From a virus (Duplodnaviria; Caudoviricetes), in IMG/VR virus record IMGVR_UViG_3300042270_000651, positions 30,209 to 94,208 of that record: a stretch of DNA of 64,000 bases; one strand, 5' to 3'. The translations under genes and the position numbers were made by a program. The notes beneath the pieces were generated by a model that was not told where the DNA came from, made no database searches, and worked only from the letters and a program-made list of their open reading frames with translations. This document shows, in pieces, positions 1-7,750 of this stretch (within the stretch, counting starts at the first letter, position 1; each line of letters begins with the position of its first letter).

Positions 1-564
1 GCTCTTGTCACCGGTCCGCGACACCTCGAACGTGGCGCCGGTCAGACCGTCGCGCTTCTCGGCCTGCTTCTGCAGCAGCTTCAGCGTCCCGCGCTTGGCC
101 ACGTACAGCTTCTTGGTGTCCTTGATCACCTCGCCCTTGTTGGGGCCGTTCTTGATCGTGTGCTCGGAGTGGTCGATGCAGGTCAGCACCCCCACCAGGG
201 TCGAGCGTTCGCCGGCCGCGCACAGCGGGCAGGGCTCGTTGTCTTCGGTGCAGACGAAGTCCTGCCACTTGCCGTCGTGGAACACCGTGTGCTGGTAGAA
301 CATCGGCACGTCGAGGAAGCCGTCCGCGTCCAGCTCGCCGTCGAGGAACGTGATCGTCTTCTCGTCGTCTTCCTTGATGTAGAAGGTCCAGAGCTTGCCC
401 TTCTCTTCCTTGGCCTGCTGGGCCTTGGCCTCCTCGTGCTGGAGCGCCTGCTTGGCTTCCTTGCCCTTCTTGAGGAAGCTCAGACCGCCGGTCTTCTTGG
501 CCGGGGCCTCCGCCTTCTCTTCGGTGGCTTTCTTCTTCGGCTTGGTAGCGAACGAAACAGCCAT
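1..564 (-). CDS. Putative ssDNA-binding protein (gp32-like, Zn-binding), truncated by the window edge
   Basis: Manual translation from ATG 564: MAVSFATKPKKK...YQHTVFHDGKWQDFVCTEDNEPCPLCAAG; H/C...CPLC Zn motif; strong SD; lies in the replication module. Confidence 0.6.
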   Translation of the reverse strand, partial: MAVSFATKPKKKATEEKAEAPAKKTGGLSFLKKGKEAKQALQHEEAKAQQAKEEKGKLWTFYIKEDDEKTITFLDGELDADGFLDVPMFYQHTVFHDGKWQDFVCTEDNEPCPLCAAGERSTLVGVLTCIDHSEHTIKNGPNKGEVIKDTKKLYVAKRGTLKLLQKQAEKRDGLTGATFEVSRTGDKS

Positions 565-679
565 ATCCTGATCCTCCTGATTGGCCTGGTCTCTCCTGGG
601 GTGCCTAGTTGTCCTGGCGGTCCCTTGGTTTCCTGGTGACCCTCTTGGTCCACCGTTATCGTCCCAAAAAGGGACGGTC

Positions 680-1672
680 CTAGTCGAGTTGAAAGCCCTC
701 CACCGGTACAAATGGGGCCAGGGCCTCGACCAGCTGGCTTACCGTGGCCTCGCCGGGGTCCTTGACGCCCTCGGGCAGTTCCGCGTGGGCGATCAGGCAG
801 TCCGCCAGGGACTCACGGTATTTCTTGCGGGCGCGCTGGCCCGCCTTGTCTCCGTCGAACAGGGTGACCTGCTCCATCACGTCCCCCATGCGCTGTATTT
901 TCTCCAGGCTCAGGCCCGCCGTCAGCGGGCTGGTCACGTTGGGGTACAGCGGGTGGACGGCGGCCAGGTCGAACACCGACTCAACGACCACCACGGGCCG
1001 GTCGAAGTCGATCCAGTGCTCACCCAACCAGACGAGCGGGTTGTTCTGCTTCTGGTAGGTATACATGCGGTACTTGAGCGGGTTCGCCGCGTCGACGGCC
1101 CGGCCGTGCAGGCCCCGCAGCCGCCCCTGGAAGTCCCGCACCGGGAAGCAGACGCGGCGCTGCGTGCTGTCCCACCGCAGGTCCAGGGCCTCGGCTGTCT
1201 CCTGGGACACATTGCGCCCCTGCAGGTAGGACCGCGCCTCGGTGACGCCCCAGGCATGGCTGAAACTCTCCAGCCACCACTCCGGGAAGACGTGCGGCCC
1301 GGCCTTGTCACCGAACAGCTCCTCCTCGACATCTGGGAAGTCCAGGTCGACGACTGCGTCCTCCTCGGCGTCTGCAATCAGTTGCAGGGCCTCGGCGAAC
1401 TCGTAGCTGTCCCCGCTCGGGTCCTTCTTGTCCCGGAACCGCATCTCGAAGACGAGGTCCGACTGGCTGCCGTGCCAGCCGCAGCTGAAGCAGTGGGTGA
1501 AGCCGTCACCCTTGCTCTCGATCTTCACGGCGAAGCTGGGGTTCTTGTCTACCCCGCTGTCGTGCCGCCAGGGGGCGAGAGGGCACTTGGCCACCACCCA
1601 ACCGTCACGGTCAACGGGCGCGGGCTTGCTACCCAGGTGCTCCAGGTACTTCTTGATGTGGGCGTCCTTCAT
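680..1672 (-). CDS. dnaG: DNA primase (Zn finger + TOPRIM)
   Basis: CPLAPWRH...HCFSCG Zn finger; RVCFPVRD; VVVVESVFD; LFDGDKAG; KDPG; start ATG 1672 overlaps the upstream stop. Confidence 0.85.
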   Translation of the reverse strand: MKDAHIKKYLEHLGSKPAPVDRDGWVVAKCPLAPWRHDSGVDKNPSFAVKIESKGDGFTHCFSCGWHGSQSDLVFEMRFRDKKDPSGDSYEFAEALQLIADAEEDAVVDLDFPDVEEELFGDKAGPHVFPEWWLESFSHAWGVTEARSYLQGRNVSQETAEALDLRWDSTQRRVCFPVRDFQGRLRGLHGRAVDAANPLKYRMYTYQKQNNPLVWLGEHWIDFDRPVVVVESVFDLAAVHPLYPNVTSPLTAGLSLEKIQRMGDVMEQVTLFDGDKAGQRARKKYRESLADCLIAHAELPEGVKDPGEATVSQLVEALAPFVPVEGFQLD

Positions 1673-2040
1673 GCCCTCTTCTCCCGCAGCTTCTTCGACC
1701 GGAACAGCACCTTCCTGGCTTTGGGTTTGGCCTGCTTGGGTGGGGGCTTGCCACCGTCCCGGCGCAGCTGGTGCACCGCGCCCACCACCCTCTGGGGGAA
1801 GTCCGACTGCTTGAGCAGACAGCTTCCGGCCGACAGGTCGCCCCGGCTGACCACCGGCTTGTGCCAGTGCTCCACCGTGTCCCAGGCGGCGTCCAGCTTG
1901 GTGCAGAGGTAGTCGAACAGGCCGTCCGACAGGATCGGGTCGTCTTCGATGTAGTAGGCCCAGGAGGCCATCAGGTACCACGGAACCAACAGGTTCGGGT
2001 TTCCCTCGACGGCCTCCCGGCAGGTCTGGTCATGCAGCAT
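1669..2040 (-). CDS. Small protein resembling the N-terminal (Ia) subdomain of NAD-dependent DNA ligase
   Basis: AYYIEDDPILSDGLFD resembles the LigA motif YYVLDDPxxSDAEYD; no KxDG adenylation motif. Confidence 0.55.
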   Translation of the reverse strand: MLHDQTCREAVEGNPNLLVPWYLMASWAYYIEDDPILSDGLFDYLCTKLDAAWDTVEHWHKPVVSRGDLSAGSCLLKQSDFPQRVVGAVHQLRRDGGKPPPKQAKPKARKVLFRSKKLREKRA

Positions 2041-2063
2041 GGGGCCCTCCTTGGCCTGCTGTC

Positions 2064-2246
2064 TCAGGACACGGGCAGCGGCGCGTGGCCGGGCTCCTCG
2101 TGGTGGAGCACCGCACCCAGGTCGCGCTTATCGACGGCCTGACCGCACGCGGTGCAGGCGTAGAAATGGTCGGCCTCGGCCGTCACCGGAGCGTCAGGCT
2201 CTCCGTAGATGCCGCTGGCGGCGTTGTCGTGCCGGGGGTCTGTCAT
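2064..2246 (-). CDS. Small hypothetical protein with CxxC...HH
   Basis: 60 aa, ACTACG...LHHEEPGH; overlaps the RNase H stop. Confidence 0.55.
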   Translation of the reverse strand: MTDPRHDNAASGIYGEPDAPVTAEADHFYACTACGQAVDKRDLGAVLHHEEPGHAPLPVS

Positions 2247-2866
2247 GCCGGCGCTCCTTGCAGGAAGGGCTTCATGCCCTTGTTGGCGAGGTGGTCGGCC
2301 AGCTCATTGCCGGCGTTCCCCGCATGACCCTTCACCCACTTGAACTTGACGAGGTGCCGGCTGGCGGCGTCGTCGAGGCGTACCCAGAGGTCCCGGTTCT
2401 TGACGGGCTGGCCGGTGGCGGTCTTCCACCCGTTGCGTTTCCAGCCGTTGATCCATCCCGAGATGCCCTTCTGCACGTACTTGCTATCGGTGAACAGCGT
2501 GACGCTGTGGGAGCCCTCCAGGCTTTCCAGCGCCGCGATCACCGCCATCAACTCCATCCGGTTGTTCGTGGTCGAGGGCTCGCCACCGCACATTTCCCGG
2601 CGCGGCAGGCCGTTCACGTCGCACACGTAGCCCCAACCGCCGGGGCCGCCAGGGTTCTTGATGCAGGCGCCATCCGTGTAGATCACGGCGCCCGGCCGGC
2701 GGGTCACTCCGTGGCTGACGGGGCCCTTGATCGTGTCCACCGTGACGGCCGGCGGCAGCAGGGGGCTGTTCGGGTTCGAGAACGCCGACGACAGGTCTTC
2801 CTGGGCCGCCTTGGCGGTGACCTGGTCCGGGGCGTCGATCTCCACGACGATGCTGTATTTGGGCAT
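2243..2866 (-). CDS. rnhA: Ribonuclease HI with N-terminal extension
   Basis: [43 protein letters not shown]. Confidence 0.95.
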   Translation of the reverse strand: MPKYSIVVEIDAPDQVTAKAAQEDLSSAFSNPNSPLLPPAVTVDTIKGPVSHGVTRRPGAVIYTDGACIKNPGGPGGWGYVCDVNGLPRREMCGGEPSTTNNRMELMAVIAALESLEGSHSVTLFTDSKYVQKGISGWINGWKRNGWKTATGQPVKNRDLWVRLDDAASRHLVKFKWVKGHAGNAGNELADHLANKGMKPFLQGAPA

Positions 2867-3222
2867 CAGTCGTCCTCCGAGACGAGGAACTGGTAGAAGG
2901 CGTCGGCCAGGGACGTGACGTCCTGCGGCGTGCGGTTGTGCTTGCCACCCTTCATGTGGTTGACCGCCATGCCCAGCGCCGCCTCACGGGCCTCGAAGTC
3001 GCCCTCGTCCATGAACGACAGGAATTGCCGGGCCGCCTCGGTCAGCCGGGCGGGGTCCAGGGTGTAGCGGGTCTTGGCGTGGTAGTCGGTGGCGAGCTTG
3101 AGCGCCGTCTTGCGGATTTTCTCGGCCTTGGCCTGGGCCAGCCGGGCCTCCTCCTCCTCGGCGAGGCGATCCTTCAACCGCTGCTCGGCCTCGGCCTTTC
3201 CGATGTGGGTCACCTGCGTCAT
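2866..3222 (-). CDS. Hypothetical protein
   Basis: ORF with AAGGAG SD before ATG 3222. Confidence 0.7.
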   Translation of the reverse strand: MTQVTHIGKAEAEQRLKDRLAEEEEARLAQAKAEKIRKTALKLATDYHAKTRYTLDPARLTEAARQFLSFMDEGDFEAREAALGMAVNHMKGGKHNRTPQDVTSLADAFYQFLVSEDD

Positions 3223-3257
3223 GCAGCCCTCCTTGGCTTGCAATTGATTTCAGGGGT

Positions 3258-3397
3258 GCGGTCGGTCTGCCTTGCGGGCCGGGACTATGCCTGTGGGCCC
3301 TGCCCCACTCCCGACCGGACCCGGCCCTCCCGAGACCAATCAGGAGGCAGACTGTGGGTCGACCGCGAACCCTTCCATGAGAAGACGTCCGGTCGGG
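3258..3397 (-). ncRNA. Candidate structured RNA (pseudoknot potential) directly 3' of the tRNA
   Basis: Complementary pairs 3258-3272/3345-3366, 3276-3283/3320-3327, and a crossing 11-bp pair 3310-3320/3387-3397. Confidence 0.35.
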
Positions 3398-3400
3398 TGT

Positions 3401-3474
3401 TGGAGCGGGCGGGCGGAGTCGAACCGCCGTCTCCAGGTTGGGAACCTGGCGCTCTACCGCTGAGCTACACCCGC
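3401..3474 (-). tRNA. tRNA-Gly (anticodon CCC) with encoded CCA
   Basis: GCGGGTG-TA-GCTC AGCGGTA GAGC-G-CCAGG TTCCCAA CCTGG-AGAC-GGCGG TTCGACT CCGCC-CGCCCGC-T-CCA; complete cloverleaf, U73 discriminator. Confidence 0.95.
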
Positions 3475-3511
3475 GTAGTCGATCTGGGGATGGGGCTGCA
3501 GCCGAAGGAAC

Positions 3512-3608
3512 CCGGCACCCCGAGCCCCGTCCACTTGTCGGGCTCGCCACGGGGGGAAGCGAACCCATTCGGCCCGACCGAGGGCCGCCATCACGTCAGG
3601 GGTGCCGG
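3512..3608 (-). ncRNA. Candidate multibranch structured RNA 5' of the tRNA
   Basis: Perfect 10-bp closing stem 3512-3521/3599-3608 enclosing hairpins 3522-3545 and 3570-3587. Confidence 0.3.
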
Positions 3609-3609
3609 A

Positions 3610-4074
3610 TCAGGTGGCCTCACGCTTGGACAGCTTGATGCTCCGGTTGCCGTCGCGCGTGGTGTGCAGCACGTCGGCAGCCTCTTCGGGCGTGAGGTAC
3701 TTGTCGATGTCGGTCAGCTTCACGCTGGCCATCTTCATAAACGTGGCGTGGCCCATGTACTCGCGGACCTTGTCGATGTCGATGACGTGGCGGCTGGAGC
3801 CGCGCGGGCTCAACTCCGCGATGAACTTGTGGCCTCGCTGGATCAGCTCCTCGTCGGGCTCGCCGGCCTCGTTGAAGGCGTCGCGCAGCTTCTTCTGCTT
3901 GGCGTTCCACTGGCTGATCAGCTTCTTGGCCTTCTCGACGGCGGGCTCCATCTCGCCCAGCTGGTCGATGATCTCCGCAAGCTCCGACAGGCCCTTGTCG
4001 TGCTCTTCGACCTCGGCAGCGAACTTGGGCTGCTTCGGGGCCTCCTTGGCCTTGGTCTTGAGAACCACCGGCAT
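3610..4074 (-). CDS. Hypothetical protein
   Basis: 154 aa ORF, strong SD, own putative promoter. Confidence 0.75.
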   Translation of the reverse strand: MPVVLKTKAKEAPKQPKFAAEVEEHDKGLSELAEIIDQLGEMEPAVEKAKKLISQWNAKQKKLRDAFNEAGEPDEELIQRGHKFIAELSPRGSSRHVIDIDKVREYMGHATFMKMASVKLTDIDKYLTPEEAADVLHTTRDGNRSIKLSKREAT

Positions 4075-4107
4075 GTCTATCCTCCTTGATTTCCTATGCC
4101 TACGATC

Positions 4108-4135
4108 AGTCTGACATAGGGGCCCTGGGTGTCAA
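4108..4135 (-). promoter_or_regulatory. Sigma70-like promoter
   Basis: TTGACA-N16-CAGACT in an intergenic gap. Confidence 0.5.
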
Positions 4136-4148
4136 AGCAAATGGCGGA

Positions 4149-5408
4149 TCAGGTGATCTGCAGGTCCGCCAGATTTACGTCGGCAAGCTCCGTGAAGTCC
4201 ATCCCAGTGAAGTCCCACCGGGTCGAGAACGAGCCCACCTCTCCATTGCGACCCTTCAGGATTTCGATGCGGCGCGACTGCAGGGTCTCGACGCTCTCCT
4301 CCTCGAACAGGCCCATGACCAGGGACGACACCTGGGCGATGGCGTCGGAGTAGCCAATGTCCTCCAGACCCACCGTCTCGTTCTTCTTCTTGGCCTTTTG
4401 GGACGCCGTCTTGGCGAACTGCCACGAGCACACCACCGGCCGGTCGCCGGCCAGGCGGGTCTTGATCAGGTCGGCGTTCTCCGCCACGCGCTTGAAGCGG
4501 TCCTTCTCGGTCGGGTGCTTGAGCAGGTAGGCGCCGTCGATGTAGATGACCTCCGGCTTCAGCTGCTCGGCCAGCATCCAAATGTCCTCGACCGTGGCGG
4601 TCAGGTTGCCGTCCACCACCCAGAGCGGCACGTCCTTCTTGGATACCGCCGTCAGGGCGCCCTTCAGCTTGCCCATGGCGGTGGTGGACAGGGCGGCGTT
4701 CTTGAGCTTGGACATGGGAACGTGGGCGTTCATCGCCGCCAGGCGCTGCTGGATGGCCAGTGGGTTCATCTCCATCGAGACGAACATGCCGGGCTTCTCC
4801 TGCTCGTGCCAGGCGTGATGGCAGCCGTAGAGCATCTGAAACGTCTTGCCGGCTGCGGGTCTGCCGATCATCGACGCCACGTCGCCGGGCAGCAGGCCGC
4901 CGGTCATCTCGTCCACCGTTGGCCAGCCCATGTAGACGCCCTGGTCGTCGACGCTCCACTGCTCCTTGTAGGCCGCCAGGATCGGACCCATGGCCTCGCG
5001 GAAGTCGGACACGAGATGCGACTGCTTCTGCAGCGACAGGCCCATGACGGCCGCCTGCACGGTCTCCAGGGCCTCCTGGGGCTTCTTGTTGCCCGGCTTG
5101 AGGAACTCTCCCGCCTCCTGCATCGCCTTCTTCAGCGACAGCTCGGTGTGGCGCTCCTTCAGCAGGTCGAGGTAGTAGCCCGGCGGCTCCTCGGCCTTGG
5201 GCAGCTCGACGCCCGTATGCTTCTCGATAGTCTCCGGGTCCGGCAGGGCCTGGTACTTCTTGGCGTGCCCCATCACGAAGTCGAACAGCTCGGTCTCGTT
5301 CGACTTGAACAGGGGCGAAATGTCGCCGGCCTTGAGCAGGTGCTTGAGGTCGCCCGTGGTCACCAGGGCCGCGACGTACTTCTTTCCGAGAACTCCTCCG
5401 ACAGCCAT
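4149..5408 (-). CDS. dnaB: Replicative helicase (DnaB family)
   Basis: Walker A GRPAAGKT; FVSMEM; IYIDGAYL; SDAIAQ; ILKGRNGEVG. Confidence 0.9.
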   Translation of the reverse strand: MAVGGVLGKKYVAALVTTGDLKHLLKAGDISPLFKSNETELFDFVMGHAKKYQALPDPETIEKHTGVELPKAEEPPGYYLDLLKERHTELSLKKAMQEAGEFLKPGNKKPQEALETVQAAVMGLSLQKQSHLVSDFREAMGPILAAYKEQWSVDDQGVYMGWPTVDEMTGGLLPGDVASMIGRPAAGKTFQMLYGCHHAWHEQEKPGMFVSMEMNPLAIQQRLAAMNAHVPMSKLKNAALSTTAMGKLKGALTAVSKKDVPLWVVDGNLTATVEDIWMLAEQLKPEVIYIDGAYLLKHPTEKDRFKRVAENADLIKTRLAGDRPVVCSWQFAKTASQKAKKKNETVGLEDIGYSDAIAQVSSLVMGLFEEESVETLQSRRIEILKGRNGEVGSFSTRWDFTGMDFTELADVNLADLQIT

Positions 5409-5410
5409 GG

Positions 5411-5986
5411 TCAGCCTTTCACCGGGGTGTAGTGGGACTTGATGAACGACGCCATGGAGGCGCCGTAGTCTCGCTCCAGATCCTTCACGCTGGTCACGCC
5501 GACGACGGTCTGCAGCTCACGGTTCCGGCGGTCGATCAACAGGTCGTGCAGCAGGTTCACGCGCCACTGCGGCTGCCCGGACTCGGCGTAGAGGTTCGGG
5601 ATCAGCAGGCAGGTCAGGTGCGGCATCGCCTTGTCGGCCAGCGCGTCGATCACCTGGTTGGCGGTCATCACGCGGGCCCGGATGAAGTTGCGCACGAGCG
5701 CGCCGGCCATGGCCGCCATGCGGGTCTCCAGGTCGGGCGTGAAGGACAGGCCGATGTAGGCCCGACCCGCCTTCTCCTGGCGCCGGAACGTGCGCAGCCA
5801 CTCCACCTCGTGGTCCTCCAGCACGTCGGCGACCGGCGTCCAAATCCACCGCTTGGGGATGCCCGCGTCCAGGGCGATGCGGTCGATGTCGGCGACGAGG
5901 CGGGCGTGCACCTCGGGGTTCAGCACGCCGGTCTGGTAGGCCGGGTGGCTCGGCTTCTCGGCCGCCTTGTTGATCGTCACGGGCAT
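5411..5986 (-). CDS. DnaC/IstB-like helicase loader with degenerate ATPase motifs
   Basis: Lies between the initiator and DnaB; C-terminal LLHDLLIDRRNRELQTVV...DLERDYG resembles DnaC; no GKT/DD. Confidence 0.45.
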   Translation of the reverse strand: MPVTINKAAEKPSHPAYQTGVLNPEVHARLVADIDRIALDAGIPKRWIWTPVADVLEDHEVEWLRTFRRQEKAGRAYIGLSFTPDLETRMAAMAGALVRNFIRARVMTANQVIDALADKAMPHLTCLLIPNLYAESGQPQWRVNLLHDLLIDRRNRELQTVVGVTSVKDLERDYGASMASFIKSHYTPVKG

Positions 5987-5987
5987 G

Positions 5988-6908
5988 TCACCACTCCCCG
6001 ACGGTGGTCGCCTTCTTGGCGGGCGTGCTGGCGGGCTTGGACGGGCCCTCGGCGGCCCAGCCTTCGTCGGGCGTGAAATTGATTGCAGTCTGTAGGTTGC
6101 TCACCAGGAACGACAGGTCCGGCTTGCTGGGCGACCACTTGGTCTTGCCGGTGTCCTCTTTGCACTGCTCGACGAACTGATGCCAGTGCGTGACGGCTCG
6201 CACCATGGTCTTGGCGGCGGTGCCGGGCGGGCACGCCTTGATGATCTGCTTGATCTGGCCGCGCGCCTTCTGGGTCAGGTTTGGCACGAACTCCCCGGTC
6301 ACGTCGGCGACGGCTTCCTTCCAGGACAGCTCCATGGCCGTGACCTTGTCCTCCAGCTTCGGGGTCTTCTTCGGGGTCTTGGCCACGTCGGCCACCGAGT
6401 ACCCACCTTTCTGCTTCATCTTCGATCCTCCTTGATCGGTCTTCGACCCCCCAGCGCCGACCGAGGCGCTAGGTGTGTCTGTAGTCTCTGTATTTGTAGT
6501 CTCTGTATATAGGGTGGTGTCTCCCGACCCCACCTGGGTGGTGTCGAACGACGCCACCCAGGTGGTGCCCCCAGACACCACGGCTTCCTTCTCACGGACC
6601 TTGTCGAGGCCGAGACGGCGCACCCCAAGATCGGTCAAACGGAGGTGGCTGACGAGGCTGGACCCCCACTTCATCTGGGCCGTTTCGACCAGGCACATGC
6701 CCCGCAGCTTGGCCAGGGCCTTCTTGTACTGGTCCAGGCTCAGGCCCGTCTCCGTGGTCCACTCCTCCCGCGTCTTGACGATCCAGAGCTTGTCACGCTT
6801 GCGCACCGTCATTCTGGGGTGCCAATACGCGATCTGGTGCAGAAGGATCGCCGTCGTGCAGTCCTTGTTCGCCACCTCGACGCAGGTGGTCAGCATCGTC
6901 TTCTTCAT
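5988..6908 (-). CDS. Replication initiator-like protein (N-terminal winged helix, internal iterons)
   Basis: AILLHQIAYW...KTREEWTTETGLS typical of phage replisome organisers; low-complexity linker carries DNA repeats. Confidence 0.65.
   Translation of the reverse strand: MKKTMLTTCVEVANKDCTTAILLHQIAYWHPRMTVRKRDKLWIVKTREEWTTETGLSLDQYKKALAKLRGMCLVETAQMKWGSSLVSHLRLTDLGVRRLGLDKVREKEAVVSGGTTWVASFDTTQVGSGDTTLYTETTNTETTDTPSASVGAGGSKTDQGGSKMKQKGGYSVADVAKTPKKTPKLEDKVTAMELSWKEAVADVTGEFVPNLTQKARGQIKQIIKACPPGTAAKTMVRAVTHWHQFVEQCKEDTGKTKWSPSKPDLSFLVSNLQTAINFTPDEGWAAEGPSKPASTPAKKATTVGEW
6480..6583. repeat. Putative replication origin: three 24-bp palindromic iterons plus an AT-rich direct repeat
   Basis: GGTGGTG(T/C)C-N4-GACNCCAC units starting at 6513, 6537 and 6561; TGTAGTCTCTGTAT at 6480 and 6495. 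Confidence 0.6.
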
Positions 6909-6930
6909 TGTTCCCCCGTTGCGACAGGAC

Positions 6931-6968
6931 GGAAAAAGGGCCTGGGCGTGAACCCAGACCCATTTCCG
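6931..6968 (-). terminator. Rho-independent terminator
   Basis: GGGTCTGGG-TTCACG-CCCAGGCCC-TTTTT. Confidence 0.65.
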
Positions 6969-6973
6969 GGCGA

Positions 6974-7678
6974 TCAGGCGTCGTTGGAGCCGTCGCCCTC
7001 ACCGACCCCCTCGGCATCCTGGTCCTCACCCTCCTCGGGCTCCTCCAGGGCCTGCAGGGACGTCTTCAGCTTCTCGAACAGCACGGCGGTGTTGACCACC
7101 TCGTTGTCCACCAGCCCCTCGACCTCGTCGGTGTGCGCCTTCTTGGCGGCGACCGCCTTTTGGAGCTTCTCCAGCTTGGAGTCGGTCACCCCGAAGGCTT
7201 CCCGCAGGTACGACGCCAGCAGGCTGGGGCGCTCGATGGCGTGGTCGCCGGCCATGTCGATCAGCTTGGTGGCCAGGCGCTCGACGTAGTCGCCGTCGTG
7301 CAGCTTCTGCAGGAGCGCCAGCAGGCCCTCCTCGTCCTTGGCCTCACCGCGCACGAACAGGCCGATGGTGGTCGAGGCGCGGTCCTCGTCGGCCCGCAGG
7401 AACTCGATGTTCGGCCACGCCTCGGTCAGGCCGTACTCCTTGTGGGCGTCCATCGACGTGACGTTGCCCTCGGACGCCTGCTCGGTGTTCTTGGGCAGCT
7501 TGGCCGACCGCAGGCGCACGTTCAGCAGCACCGTGTCCTTGGGGCCGTTGGCGTGGTCGCCGCGCACCATCGGGTAGGGCTTGACGCCCAGGCCGACGTC
7601 GCCCCGGCGGCCGATCACCACGTAGCTCTGCTTGGAGCCGGTACCGTCCATCTTGTTGAAGTTGTCCTTGAGAGACAT
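6974..7678 (-). CDS. Hypothetical protein with acidic C-terminus
   Basis: 234 aa, strong SD, upstream TTGGCC-N17-TAGCCT. Confidence 0.75.
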   Translation of the reverse strand: MSLKDNFNKMDGTGSKQSYVVIGRRGDVGLGVKPYPMVRGDHANGPKDTVLLNVRLRSAKLPKNTEQASEGNVTSMDAHKEYGLTEAWPNIEFLRADEDRASTTIGLFVRGEAKDEEGLLALLQKLHDGDYVERLATKLIDMAGDHAIERPSLLASYLREAFGVTDSKLEKLQKAVAAKKAHTDEVEGLVDNEVVNTAVLFEKLKTSLQALEEPEEGEDQDAEGVGEGDGSNDA

Positions 7679-7750
7679 ATGCTCACTCCTCCTTGAGTGT
7701 TTGGGTTTACGCCGTACAGGCTAACTAAAAAGGCGGTGTGGGCCAAATCT

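Noticed and set aside
3565-3600. Hammerhead ribozyme (CTGACGTGA...GCCGAA on the minus strand)
   Set aside because: It does not match the CUGANGA/GAAA core.
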